Of a stretch of DNA of 64,000 nt, positions 38,077 to 48,397 are shown in pieces. The DNA lies in assembly GCA_038108555.1 (NCBI GenBank), contig JAYNIA010000001.1, positions 102,427 to 166,426 on the forward strand, written 5' to 3'. Position 1 is the first letter of the stretch; each line of letters opens with the position of its first letter. The translations under genes and the position numbers were made by a program. Origin of the DNA: Nitrospinota bacterium. GTDB lineage: Bacteria; Nitrospinota; Nitrospinia; Nitrospinales; VA-1. Under the pieces are notes generated by a model. It worked only from the letters and a program-made list of their open reading frames with translations. It did not search any database and was not told the origin of the DNA.

Positions 38077-39018
38077 ATGAAAGTTTTGGTCACCGGTGGT
38101 TGTGGTTTCAAAGGGTCCGTACTCGTTCCCAAGTTGCTGGATCGAGAATATCAGGTAACCGTGGTGGATACGCTATGGTTCGGTAATTTTTTAGAGCCCC
38201 ATCCCAATTTAAAAGTCTTAAACTTAGATATCCGGGATATCGAAAACATACCTTTAAATGGTATTGATGTAGTCATTCATCTGGCATCCGTGGCAAATGA
38301 TCCCTGTGGGGATCTTGACCCAAAACTGACCTGGGAGGTCAGCGCATTAGGCACCATGCAAATTGCAGAAAAGGCAGTTAAAAATGGTGTCAAACAGTTT
38401 ATATATGCATCTTCTGGAAGTGTATATGGAATCAAGGAAGAGGAGCAGGTTACCGAAGATCTTGAACTAAAACCTATCTCGGAGTACAACAAAACAAAAA
38501 TGGTCGCTGAACGGGTGCTATTGAGTTATAGCGAGAAAATGTTAGTACAGATAGTTAGACCTGCTACCGTTTGTGGGTTTTCTCCCCGTATGAGGCTTGA
38601 TGTTTCAGTGAATATGCTGACCATGCAAGCACTCACCAATGGTTTGATCACGGTTTTCGGTGGAAATCAAACTCGCCCCAATATCCACATTGATGACATT
38701 ACAGATGTATACCTGCATTTAATTGATGCCCAAGATTCCATACGTGGAATTTATAATGCAGGTTTCGAAAACATTTCCATTCTCGATATTGCAAAATTAG
38801 TGGTCAAACACATTCCGGCTGAAATAAGTGTTACCGAATCAAATGATCCTCGCTCTTACAGAGTAAATTCTGACAAACTTCTTGCGACCGGGTTCAAACC
38901 AAAAAAATCGGTAGAGAAAGCCATTTTGGAATTATGTGAAATGCATAATCAGGGAACATTAAAAAATGAAGATCGTTTCCACAATTTAAAATGGATGCAA
39001 GCCACCGTATTTAAATAA
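38077..39018 (+). CDS. NAD-dependent epimerase/dehydratase
   Basis: VTGGCGFKG, ASSGSVYG, YNKTK, RPATVCGFSPRMRLD. Confidence 0.9.
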   Translation: MKVLVTGGCGFKGSVLVPKLLDREYQVTVVDTLWFGNFLEPHPNLKVLNLDIRDIENIPLNGIDVVIHLASVANDPCGDLDPKLTWEVSALGTMQIAEKAVKNGVKQFIYASSGSVYGIKEEEQVTEDLELKPISEYNKTKMVAERVLLSYSEKMLVQIVRPATVCGFSPRMRLDVSVNMLTMQALTNGLITVFGGNQTRPNIHIDDITDVYLHLIDAQDSIRGIYNAGFENISILDIAKLVVKHIPAEISVTESNDPRSYRVNSDKLLATGFKPKKSVEKAILELCEMHNQGTLKNEDRFHNLKWMQATVFK

Positions 39019-39046
39019 ACCTGCCACATTAATTTCCAATAATTTC

Positions 39047-40033
39047 ATGTCTGAAAAAATCTTAGTAATCGGTAGCAACTCATTTTCCGGCGCCAGCTTC
39101 GTCCTTTCTGCGCTGGAGGCAGGCTTCGATGTGACTGGAATCAGCAGATCAGAAAAACCCCATTCCGTTTTTTTACCATACATGCTTTCTGGAAAAGATA
39201 TTGAGTTTCACCAAATGGACCTCAACCATGACCTTGAAAAAATAATAAGCCTCGTCAATTTAAAAAAACCCGAATACATTGTAAATTTTGCCGCACAAAG
39301 TATGGTTGCGCAAAGCTGGGACAACCCAGACCATTGGTTCTCAACCAATCTGGTTTCCACAGTTAGATTGCATGACAAATTACGGAATTGTGATTTTTTA
39401 AAAAAATACGTTCATATTTCAACTCCAGAGGTATACGGCAATTGTGAGGGGCATATTAAGGAAAGCGATTCCTATTTCCCCAGCACTCCATACGCCGTAT
39501 CTCGTGCAGCAGCAGATATGAGTCTACACACCTATTATAATTCCTATAATTTTCCTGTTGTATTTACCCGAGCAGCCAATGTTTATGGACCGGGACAACA
39601 ATTATACCGAATCATTCCAAGAACTATTCTTTACATTAAACTGGGGAAAAAATTGCAATTACATGGTGGTGGGACTTCTCAGCGCTCCTTTATCCATATC
39701 AATGACGTATCAGAAGCAACATTACAAATCACGAAAAATGCCACCCCAGGAGAGATTTTTCATATTGCCACGAAAAACTCCATTACCATTCGCAAATTGG
39801 TTGAAATGATATGTGATTTAATGGATGTGGATTTTGACTCAAATGTAGAGGTGGTCGGCGAACGATTGGGAAAGGACTCAGCCTACTTGCTGGATAGCTC
39901 AAAAGTGAGAGATGTTTTTGGCTGGAAAGATAAAATATCTTTAGAAGAAGGAATCCAGGATGTTCTAAACTGGGTCGAAACCAACCTTTCCGTTTTAAAA
40001 AACCAGCCATTCGATTATATCCACAAAGCGTAA
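39047..40033 (+). CDS. NDP-hexose 4,6-dehydratase-like SDR
   Basis: IGSNSFSG, NFAAQSMV, STPEVYG, PYAVSRAA, NVYGPGQ. Confidence 0.85.
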   Translation: MSEKILVIGSNSFSGASFVLSALEAGFDVTGISRSEKPHSVFLPYMLSGKDIEFHQMDLNHDLEKIISLVNLKKPEYIVNFAAQSMVAQSWDNPDHWFSTNLVSTVRLHDKLRNCDFLKKYVHISTPEVYGNCEGHIKESDSYFPSTPYAVSRAAADMSLHTYYNSYNFPVVFTRAANVYGPGQQLYRIIPRTILYIKLGKKLQLHGGGTSQRSFIHINDVSEATLQITKNATPGEIFHIATKNSITIRKLVEMICDLMDVDFDSNVEVVGERLGKDSAYLLDSSKVRDVFGWKDKISLEEGIQDVLNWVETNLSVLKNQPFDYIHKA

Positions 40034-40066
40034 TCTAAGGAATTTTTGTCTCTCAAATTTCCCGTT

Positions 40067-40095
40067 TTGACTTTAAAATGGGTTCTTACTATAAT
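40067..40095 (+). promoter_or_regulatory. Sigma70-type promoter for the 40.2-51.3 kb gene run
   Basis: TTGACT-17 nt-TATAAT. Confidence 0.72.
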
Positions 40096-40241
40096 CCTAA
40101 CCAGTTGATAAATAGGGATTGAACAAGGTCTGCCTTTTTTGCCGGCGGGTATACGGGCGCTTAATTCTATCAAAGACCTCAAACTCCCCCTAATGAATAA
40201 AAACTATAATCCTCATAGATTTAATTACTTAGAGACCCAGT

Positions 40242-40823
40242 GTGAGCGAATTTCCTAAAACATATTTTGATAACTTAATAAACGAACTAAAATCCATCAG
40301 GGTATCCGATCAAAATGGAAATCCGGTGGAAACTTTTGAAGGCATTGAAAAGGTAGCTCAATTAATCCTTACTGAAAGTCAGAAAGGAAAAAAATTAATT
40401 TTTATTGGCAATGGAGCCAGTGCAGGTATATCCAGTCACATGTCAACAGACTACTGGAAAAATGGTGGGGTACGCGCAATTGCTTTCAACGATAGTTCAC
40501 TTTTAACTTGCATCAGCAACGATTATGGCTACGAACACGTATTTGAAAAACCCGTTGAAATGTTTGCGGATAAAGGCGATCTGCTAATGGCGATAAGTAG
40601 TTCTGGCCAATCTGAAAATATTCTTCGCGCCGTCAAGGCCGCAATTTCTGCTGAATGCAAAGTAATTACATTTTCAGGGTTTAAAGATAACAACCCTCTG
40701 CGTCAAATGGGAAACTATAATTTTTACTCCAACTCCTCTTCTTATGGTCCTGTTGAAATCACACATCTTTCAATTTGCCACTGCATTTGTGATTTGATCA
40801 TCCAAAAAAAATCCAAACTCTAA
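40242..40823 (+). CDS. GmhA-like SIS phosphosugar isomerase
   Basis: IGNGAS, SNDYGYEHVF, GDLLMAISSSGQSENI, VEITH. Confidence 0.88.
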   Translation: MSEFPKTYFDNLINELKSIRVSDQNGNPVETFEGIEKVAQLILTESQKGKKLIFIGNGASAGISSHMSTDYWKNGGVRAIAFNDSSLLTCISNDYGYEHVFEKPVEMFADKGDLLMAISSSGQSENILRAVKAAISAECKVITFSGFKDNNPLRQMGNYNFYSNSSSYGPVEITHLSICHCICDLIIQKKSKL

Positions 40824-40831
40824 AGGAAAAT

Positions 40832-41809
40832 ATGCTGAACCCAGATTTGGCTAAGGCAATGTATTTGGATATGTTGCAAATTCGGTTGGTAGAGGAAGGT
40901 ATTGCCGATTTATATCCCGAACAGGAGATGCGCTGTCCGGTTCATTTATGCATTGGCCAGGAAGCCATTCCAGTGGGCGTTTGCTCTACACTCAAAAAAG
41001 AAGATATTGTTATGGGAAATCACCGATCCCACGGGCACTATTTGGCCAAGGGTGGAGATTTAAGGTCTATGATGGCGGAAATTTATGGTAAGGCTAACGG
41101 TTGCTCAAAGGGCAAAGGAGGGTCCATGCATCTGATTGATCTTTCTGTAAATTTTTATGGCACCACACCGATTGTAGCCAGCATTGTGCCAATCGCAGTG
41201 GGTACGGCATTTGCCACTTATTTAAAAGATGAAACCAGAGTTACCATAATTTTTCTTGGGCGAGCTGCTACTGAAGAGGGGGTGTTTGCAGAAAGTTTGA
41301 ACTTTGCCGCCTTAAAAAAACTTCCCATTGTTTTTGTTTCTGAAGACAACTTTTTTTCTGTTTACACCCCTCTTTCAGAAAGGCAGCCCCGGGAAAGGGA
41401 AAATACAGAAATAGCCAAAGCCTTTGGCATTCCAAGTGACAAAGGAAATGGAAATGACATTAGGGAGGTTTATAATCTTTCTGAAAAAGCGGTGCGACAT
41501 GCTAGAGAAGGAAAGGGCCCTTATTTTCTGGAATTTGAAACATATCGATGGCGTGAACACTGCGGCCCCTATTACGATACCGATTTGCCGTATCGGTCCG
41601 AAGAGGAGTTCAAAGAATGGAAGAAAAAATGTCCCATTGAAAACTTTGAAAAACTTTTATTAAAAGAAAATGTCCTAGATAAAAAACAGTTGGTCGAAAT
41701 GCGTGAGTCAATACAAAAAAAATTTGAAGATGCTGTAGCCTTCGCAAAATCAAGTCCATTTCCCCATCCCGATGAAATCTTCAGTGATCTTTTCAAAGAG
41801 GCAAACTAA
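40832..41809 (+). CDS. TPP-dependent E1 alpha-like subunit
   Basis: HLCIGQEA, HRSHGH, GKGGSMH, TYRWREH; TPP motif reads GRAATEEG...EDN. Confidence 0.88.
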   Translation: MLNPDLAKAMYLDMLQIRLVEEGIADLYPEQEMRCPVHLCIGQEAIPVGVCSTLKKEDIVMGNHRSHGHYLAKGGDLRSMMAEIYGKANGCSKGKGGSMHLIDLSVNFYGTTPIVASIVPIAVGTAFATYLKDETRVTIIFLGRAATEEGVFAESLNFAALKKLPIVFVSEDNFFSVYTPLSERQPRERENTEIAKAFGIPSDKGNGNDIREVYNLSEKAVRHAREGKGPYFLEFETYRWREHCGPYYDTDLPYRSEEEFKEWKKKCPIENFEKLLLKENVLDKKQLVEMRESIQKKFEDAVAFAKSSPFPHPDEIFSDLFKEAN

Positions 41810-41815
41810 ATAGAT

Positions 41816-42877
41816 ATGAAGAGAGAAATTACATTTTCTCAGGCTATCCTAGAATGTACGGATCAATATTTAGCAAATGATCCTTCCGTATATGTTATGG
41901 GGCTAGGAGTTCCTGACCCTAAGGGTATATTTGGAACCACCGTTGGGTTGAGGGAAAAGTACGGGGAGAAACGGGTTATGGATATGCCTGTTTCGGAAAA
42001 TGGAATGACAGGAGTTGCAATAGGTTCAGCTTTGATGGGTATGCGCCCAATTATGACCCATCAAAGAATAGATTTTATGCTTCTGTCATTGGATCAAATA
42101 ATTAACAATGCGGCAAAATGGTACTACATGTTTGGCGGGAAAAAGAGTGTGCCCTTGGTTATTAGACTGCTGGTTGGACAGGGTTGGGGACAAGGCCCGC
42201 AACATTCTCAAAGTCTGCAGACGCTTTTTTCACATATTCCAGGACTTAAAGTGGTATTTCCTTTTTCGCCCTACGATGCAAAAGGTCTGTTATCCGCTTC
42301 TATCCAAGACGACAACCCTGTAATTTTTATAGAGCATCGTTGGCTTCACAATTTGCACGGCCATGTTCCTGAAGAACCTTTCCAGGCTCCCATTGGCAAG
42401 GCCAAAGTCGTTAATAAAGGTAAGGATCTGACGATAGTTTCAGGTTCTTACATGATGGTTGAATCATTAAAAGCCTCCGAATGCCTGAAAGAAAATGGAA
42501 TCGAGGTGGAAGTAATCGATCTTCGCTCTATAAAACCATTGGATGAAGATACCATTATTCAATCTGTAATGAACACAGGACATTTGCTGGTTGTTGATGG
42601 GGCATGGCGCTTCCTTAGTATTTCCGCAGAAATAATTTCAATTGTTGTGGAAAAGGCTTTTAAATATTTGAAAAAACCACCAGGTCGGGTAACTTTTCCT
42701 GATGTTCCGACTCCAACGAGTTGGGCCATGGCCAATAATTTTTACCCTCGCGCAATTAATATTTTGCGGAAAGTGGAAGAAATTTTGGATCTACCTTGCA
42801 AAAGTGAAGAAGAGTGGGGAATCGTAACAACAGGTCCATTGGATGTTCCAGACAAATCTTTTACGGGACCTTTTTAA
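41816..42877 (+). CDS. TPP-dependent E1 beta / transketolase C-terminal-like subunit
   Basis: DMPVSE, QHSQS, HIPGLKV, PVIFIEHR, EVIDLRSIKPLD. Confidence 0.9.
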   Translation: MKREITFSQAILECTDQYLANDPSVYVMGLGVPDPKGIFGTTVGLREKYGEKRVMDMPVSENGMTGVAIGSALMGMRPIMTHQRIDFMLLSLDQIINNAAKWYYMFGGKKSVPLVIRLLVGQGWGQGPQHSQSLQTLFSHIPGLKVVFPFSPYDAKGLLSASIQDDNPVIFIEHRWLHNLHGHVPEEPFQAPIGKAKVVNKGKDLTIVSGSYMMVESLKASECLKENGIEVEVIDLRSIKPLDEDTIIQSVMNTGHLLVVDGAWRFLSISAEIISIVVEKAFKYLKKPPGRVTFPDVPTPTSWAMANNFYPRAINILRKVEEILDLPCKSEEEWGIVTTGPLDVPDKSFTGPF

Positions 42878-42891
42878 AATATAACTACAAT

Positions 42892-44421
42892 ATGCAAACA
42901 ACACGCGAAAAAATATTAACCCTGGATAATATTTCAAACAAGGCAGAGGAACTCCGCCAGAAAGGAAAACGCATCATTTTATGCCACGGAACCTTTGATC
43001 TATTGCATATTGGCCACATTCGCCATTTGCAAAATGCGAGGGAAAAGGGAGATGTGCTTTTTGTAACAGTAACGGGTGACAAATTTGTTAACAAGGGACC
43101 GGGCCGACCTGTTTTCCCTGAACATTTGCGCACCGAAAACCTTGCAGCTTTGTCCTGTGTGGATTTTGTTGCAATCAACCAGGCACCCACTGCGGTAAAT
43201 ATCATCCCAATGATAAGGCCGGATGCTTACATTAAGGGCCAGGAGTATAAAGTTTCAAGTGACGATTTGACAGGAAATATAGCCCGTGAGAAAGAAGCCG
43301 TCGAAGAACATGGTGGCGAAGTCATTTTCACTGAAGATATTACTTTCAGCTCCTCGAACTTATTAAACGAAAACTTTGGTGTCTTCTCAAGGGAAACCAA
43401 TGAATTCCTGAAAAAATTCCGGTCACATTACAAGGATGCCGAAATCATCAGGAACTTGAAGGAGTTGTCCAAATTAAAAGTGCTGGTGGTGGGTGATGCT
43501 ATTATTGATGAATACCACTATATAACTGTGTTGGGTCAATCTGGCAAGGGAACTCATCAGTCCGTCAAATATGAAACCGAAGAACGATTTGCGGGTGGCG
43601 CCTTGGCAGTGGCCAACCACATTGCGGGATTTTCAGGCAACGTCACTCTGATAAGTGGAATAGGAAAAGAAGCTTCCAACGAAGAGTTTATACGATCAAA
43701 ACTGGATGAAAAAGTAACACCTCATTTTCATTATTTCAGCGATGCCCCCACTATCATAAAACGGCGATTTGTAGATGAAGATCTAAACAAGTTTTTCGAA
43801 GTTTATATTTATAACGAGCAACCTCATAAAGAAAAACTGGATCAGGAAATTTGCCAATGGCTAAAGGAAAATACATCCGATTTCGATATTGTCATGGTTC
43901 CTGATTTTGGAAACGGTTTTATCTCCAAAAGCATGATTGAAATAATTTGTAAAAAAGCAAAATTCCTCGCCGTAAATACACAGGTAAATAGTGGGAATCG
44001 GGGTTACCACGTAATAAATCGTTACCCCAGGGCAGATTTTATTTCTTTAAACGGCCCAGAATTAAGAATGGCCTCTCACAATCGTTATGACCCACTGGAA
44101 GGTTTGGCCGAGAAGACCGCCCAACAATTAAAATCAAAATATTTCGCCGTAACTCTAGGAAGTAAAGGAGCAATTTTACTTAACAGGGAAGACAACCAGG
44201 TTCATAAAATACCCGTATTGTCGACAAAAGTTCTCGATCGCATAGGAGCGGGAGATTCCTTCCTTTCCCTTGCCGGCTTATGCCTTGGCGGAGGATTACC
44301 TGCTGACATGAGCCTTTTTGTTGGAAGCGCAGCTGCCGCTTTAGATGTACAAATTGTTTGTAATAGGGAGCCTGTTTCCTCGGTCGCTTTATACAAATAT
44401 ATAACTACTTTATTAAAATAA
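42892..44421 (+). CDS. Bifunctional nucleotidyltransferase / PfkB sugar kinase (HldE-like, reversed domain order)
   Basis: N-terminal HGTFDLLHIGH and KGPGRP; C-terminal VVGDAIIDEY and DRIGAGDSF; ATG at 42892. Confidence 0.9.
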   Translation: MQTTREKILTLDNISNKAEELRQKGKRIILCHGTFDLLHIGHIRHLQNAREKGDVLFVTVTGDKFVNKGPGRPVFPEHLRTENLAALSCVDFVAINQAPTAVNIIPMIRPDAYIKGQEYKVSSDDLTGNIAREKEAVEEHGGEVIFTEDITFSSSNLLNENFGVFSRETNEFLKKFRSHYKDAEIIRNLKELSKLKVLVVGDAIIDEYHYITVLGQSGKGTHQSVKYETEERFAGGALAVANHIAGFSGNVTLISGIGKEASNEEFIRSKLDEKVTPHFHYFSDAPTIIKRRFVDEDLNKFFEVYIYNEQPHKEKLDQEICQWLKENTSDFDIVMVPDFGNGFISKSMIEIICKKAKFLAVNTQVNSGNRGYHVINRYPRADFISLNGPELRMASHNRYDPLEGLAEKTAQQLKSKYFAVTLGSKGAILLNREDNQVHKIPVLSTKVLDRIGAGDSFLSLAGLCLGGGLPADMSLFVGSAAAALDVQIVCNREPVSSVALYKYITTLLK

Positions 44422-44485
44422 TATCCGGCACTTTTTCCTTTTCTCAAGGGCGTCAAACTTGATCGAATCAAACAATTTTTGAGCC

Positions 44486-45388
44486 ATGGAAACAAAACCC
44501 AATATTCTGGTTCTGGGCAATGGAGGTTTTATAGGTACGGCTTTATATAACCATTTAAAGAAGGAAAAAGAATGTGAAGTCAGGGGGGTTAACTCATCGA
44601 GCATGAATTTAACCTCTCCTGAAAGCATAAGTAAAATTGAAAATATAGTTGATGAAAATACTGTAATTGTGTTTTTGGCAAGAGCCCCAAGGAACCAAGA
44701 CCCCTTGACAACCTTTGAGCAGGATATTTTGATAACCTGCAATGTTGCGCGTTTAATTAAAAAAAAGTCTTTAAAAAAGTTTTTGTATTTTAGCTCAACA
44801 TCGGTTTATGGAGATGGGGAAACCAATTTATGCATTAACGAAAATACGAAAAGGGCTCCAACATCCTACTACGGCATTTCCAAGTTGGTTTCTGAAGAAA
44901 TCTTACAAAAAGTCTGCCAGGAAAACGGAATTTCTATTGTAATCCTTCGACCCTGCATGATCTACGGCCCGGGGAATAATGAGCGGCCATATGGTCCGGA
45001 TCGCTTAATATATTCCATAATAAATCAAGGTCAGTTAGAATTGATTGGCGACGGAACAGATTTAAGGGATTACCTTTTTCTGGAAGATTTAGTAAGAATT
45101 TTAGAAAAATTTATTTTTTACCCTTCTCAGGGTATTTACAACCTAGCCTCGGATGATAGCGTGTCTATGCTGTATATTTCTGAAATTTTAAGAGAAATCT
45201 CAAAAAAGGATTTCCCGATAATAAAACTGGAAAGAAACAGACCGAAAATTGATCAAAAACTGGATATTTCCAAATTATTAAGTTTTTATCCAGATTTTAA
45301 ATTTTCACCTCTAAAAAAAGGATTGAGGAAATCCTATGAATTTTTTCTACTTAATCAAAACCTAAATAAAATGGGTACCGTTAAATAA
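44486..45388 (+). CDS. NAD-dependent epimerase/reductase
   Basis: LGNGGFIG, SSTSVYG, YGISK, GDGTDLRDY. Confidence 0.88.
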   Translation: METKPNILVLGNGGFIGTALYNHLKKEKECEVRGVNSSSMNLTSPESISKIENIVDENTVIVFLARAPRNQDPLTTFEQDILITCNVARLIKKKSLKKFLYFSSTSVYGDGETNLCINENTKRAPTSYYGISKLVSEEILQKVCQENGISIVILRPCMIYGPGNNERPYGPDRLIYSIINQGQLELIGDGTDLRDYLFLEDLVRILEKFIFYPSQGIYNLASDDSVSMLYISEILREISKKDFPIIKLERNRPKIDQKLDISKLLSFYPDFKFSPLKKGLRKSYEFFLLNQNLNKMGTVK

Positions 45389-45403
45389 AAATATTCCTGA
45401 AAG

Positions 45404-47236
45404 ATGAATGAAAGAACCCCATTAGACTTTAAAGATAATCCAGCCGACGCAAAACCACCAGAATCTGGCTGCCAGGAAGATAATCTGGCGACGGAGTCTT
45501 ACCACCTGTTACTGGAAAAATTAAAGCCTATCAAGGAATTGATTCTTATTGCCCCGATGCAGGTTCCAAATTCTGTTTTCGACATTGAGGTGGCAAAGAG
45601 ATCGGGGTATTTCAATTATCCTCCCGTGGGCCTTCTATATATTGCCTCTGCCGCGAAAAAAGTGGACCCCAGCATCAAAATTCAGCTGATAGACCTGAAT
45701 TTGGAAATGCTTCAAAATGCAAACGGGGGAAATTTTTCATATGACTTTTGGAAATCGAGAATTTCAAAGGTTTTAAAAAATGCAGACTCCCCCTATGTCG
45801 GCATAACATGTATGTTTGATGTCAACAAGGAAACTTTTATCGACATATCCCAACATATTAAAAGCGAGTTCCCGGATATTCCAGTTTTAGCTGGAGGAGT
45901 TCAAGCCACTTATGATTATGAAGAATTATTAGATAAACATGGCTTCGACCTTATTTTTAGAAAAGAAAGTGAAATTCAGTTTTCCAACTTCATTACCAAC
46001 ATAAACCAGAAAGACTTCTCTCATGAACCCAAGGGAGTGGCTTTTACCCATAAGCAAAAAATAATAACTTTAGGAGAACCAGAACAGGACACCCCTGTAG
46101 AATTTGATATACGCGATTCCTATTCGCTGATACCTATAGAGGATTATTATAAAGTAGGAGGCTTGGCCGTTTTTTCCAGATATAACGGGATTAATAAACC
46201 TTTTGCAACGGTACTTAGCAATCGAGGATGCAGGGCCTATTGTACTTTTTGCACGGTACGCGATTTCAACGGCAAGGGCATACGTGCTCGAACAGTCGAA
46301 AGCGTTATCAACGAACTAAAATTCTTATGGGAAAAAGGAATTAGACAAATTGACTGGCTGGATGATGATTTTTTATGGGATAAGGAACGAACCCTTCATC
46401 TTTTAAAAAGAATGACAGAGGAAGTTCCCGGTATGGAATGGATCAGCAATAATGGACTTATTGCTGCAGCAATTAATGAGGAAATAATGGAATGGATGGT
46501 TCGTTCCGGACTTAAAGCGGTAAAAGTGGGTATCGAATCTGGAAATGACGCCATGCTTAAAAAAATTCTGAAACCCACAAGTAAAAGAAAATTATTAATG
46601 TCTTCAGAGCTTTTTAAAAAATATCCCGAGGTTTTTTACAGCGGAAACTTTATTCTTGGTTTCCCCAACGAAACATTTCAGGAAATGATGGACTCTTATA
46701 ATTTCGCACGCAAATTGGACTGGGACTGGGCCAGCTTTTATATTTGCCAACCCCTGGTTGGTACTGCCATGTATTCCATCTTCAAAGATCTTGGCGAGGA
46801 AAGTGATAGCAATAAAGCTCTAAACCCAGGCCGATTAGCCCAACGCGGAGAAATGGGAGTAAAGTTCAATGGTGATTCGGACCCCATATTACGTGGAAGA
46901 GATATTTTTGACCTCCCTCCCGATATCGTCCCCTCTCGAGACCAATTAAACGAAATTTGGTTTACTTTCAATTTTTTAGCTAATTTTCTCAATAACCGTA
47001 ATTGTCGTTCAGGCGGAAATATAGAAAAACTTATCAGATGGTATGAATCCATTTTCGCCGGCTACCCACATGACGCCTCTATGGCAGCGGCCCTGGCTCA
47101 TGGATACCGTTTGAGCAATCAGGTTAAAACCGCACAATCCTATCAAAAAACTTTTGAAACCATCTTGGAAAAATCCAATTATTGGCAATCACGAGTGAAG
47201 CAATTTCCAGAACTTCTGGAAATGGCCGGTCTCTAA
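45404..47236 (+). CDS. B12-binding-domain radical SAM protein
   Basis: PPVGLLYIAS, AGGVQAT, RGCRAYCTFC, GIESGN, GFPNET, QPLVGT. Confidence 0.9.
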   Translation: MNERTPLDFKDNPADAKPPESGCQEDNLATESYHLLLEKLKPIKELILIAPMQVPNSVFDIEVAKRSGYFNYPPVGLLYIASAAKKVDPSIKIQLIDLNLEMLQNANGGNFSYDFWKSRISKVLKNADSPYVGITCMFDVNKETFIDISQHIKSEFPDIPVLAGGVQATYDYEELLDKHGFDLIFRKESEIQFSNFITNINQKDFSHEPKGVAFTHKQKIITLGEPEQDTPVEFDIRDSYSLIPIEDYYKVGGLAVFSRYNGINKPFATVLSNRGCRAYCTFCTVRDFNGKGIRARTVESVINELKFLWEKGIRQIDWLDDDFLWDKERTLHLLKRMTEEVPGMEWISNNGLIAAAINEEIMEWMVRSGLKAVKVGIESGNDAMLKKILKPTSKRKLLMSSELFKKYPEVFYSGNFILGFPNETFQEMMDSYNFARKLDWDWASFYICQPLVGTAMYSIFKDLGEESDSNKALNPGRLAQRGEMGVKFNGDSDPILRGRDIFDLPPDIVPSRDQLNEIWFTFNFLANFLNNRNCRSGGNIEKLIRWYESIFAGYPHDASMAAALAHGYRLSNQVKTAQSYQKTFETILEKSNYWQSRVKQFPELLEMAGL

Positions 47237-47249
47237 TTTATTTTTAATT

Positions 47250-47939
47250 TTGTCGGAGAAAGAAATGGGCGAGCTATTTAATCTTACCAATGCAAATGTC
47301 AAACTCTATGATGGGCCTCCAAGAAATATGGACCCTACTTTTGGGTATGATTATTTTGATAACACTCGGGATACCGGATATGGAGGATATTATTATGACG
47401 GCCGTTGGAAACCGGTTGCGAAAACCATCCTGGAAAAATATAATTTGAAATCCGGTGATCGAATTTTGGATTTGGGTTGTGGAAAAGGGTTCCTAATTGC
47501 CGACCTACTAGAAATTTGCCCGGGCATTGAGGCCAAGGGAATCGAAGTTTCTGAATACGCTATTGAAAACGCCCACCCTCCCGCAAAACCCCATATTACC
47601 CTTGGAAGTGTTGAGAAACTGTCTTACCCAGACAATTATTTTGATGCTGTAATGGGAATAAATGTATTTCATTTTCTGACACCAGAAAAAACAAAAATAG
47701 CTTTTGAGGAAATGATCCGGGTTAATAAGGATCCCAAAAACCTTTTCGTTCACGTTGACGCTTTTACAGATGAGGTGGAACAAGAACGATTATTAGCATG
47801 GGCACCCATAATTAAAACTATTTATTCCTGTGACGACTGGTTCAAATTATTTAAAGAAGTAGGATACGAAGGGGACTATTTCTGGACATTTGTTCGACCC
47901 GAAACACCTGAAAAATTTTATGGGGAAGTTAAAAACTAA
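47250..47939 (+). CDS. Class I SAM-dependent methyltransferase
   Basis: YFD...GYGGYYYDGRW, ILDLGCGKGF, EVSEYAI. Confidence 0.88.
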   Translation: MSEKEMGELFNLTNANVKLYDGPPRNMDPTFGYDYFDNTRDTGYGGYYYDGRWKPVAKTILEKYNLKSGDRILDLGCGKGFLIADLLEICPGIEAKGIEVSEYAIENAHPPAKPHITLGSVEKLSYPDNYFDAVMGINVFHFLTPEKTKIAFEEMIRVNKDPKNLFVHVDAFTDEVEQERLLAWAPIIKTIYSCDDWFKLFKEVGYEGDYFWTFVRPETPEKFYGEVKN

Positions 47940-47980
47940 TCCTGAAAAATTTTATGAAAAATTAAGGCCCATCAAATTTC

Positions 47981-48388
47981 ATGCATGAGGTTGCTAAAGC
48001 TATTTTGCTGGAAAGAGGAAGGTTAGTTTTGCAATTACGAGACAACAAACCCTCGATCGAAACCCCAGGTGTATGGTCCTTATTTGGTGGAATAATTGAA
48101 AAGAATGAAGACCCCAAAGAGGCCATGATTCGAGAAATAGAAGAAGAGTTGTGTATCAAAGTAAAAGATATTAGTTTTTTGTGGGATTTAACCTTTTACC
48201 GGGAAGATGGAGAAAAGATTCTTCATAAGATCTATGAGGCAGATATCACATCCCTTTGGGGAAAACACAGTCTAATGGAAGGTCAGGCTGTTGGTTCGTT
48301 CAGTTTTGACCAGTTAAAATTATTGCGCGTTCCCCCTTTTATTCAACAAGTGGTGGCTCGGTATCAACGAGAAAAAATTGCAGAGTGA
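47981..48388 (+). CDS. NUDIX hydrolase
   Basis: GGIIEKNEDPKEAMIREIEEEL Nudix box. Confidence 0.9.
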   Translation: MHEVAKAILLERGRLVLQLRDNKPSIETPGVWSLFGGIIEKNEDPKEAMIREIEEELCIKVKDISFLWDLTFYREDGEKILHKIYEADITSLWGKHSLMEGQAVGSFSFDQLKLLRVPPFIQQVVARYQREKIAE

Positions 48389-48397
48389 GAGGTTTTT

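Noticed and set aside
40832..42877. Housekeeping pyruvate dehydrogenase pdhAB
   Set aside because: No E2/E3 genes, altered motifs, and embedded in a sugar-nucleotide operon
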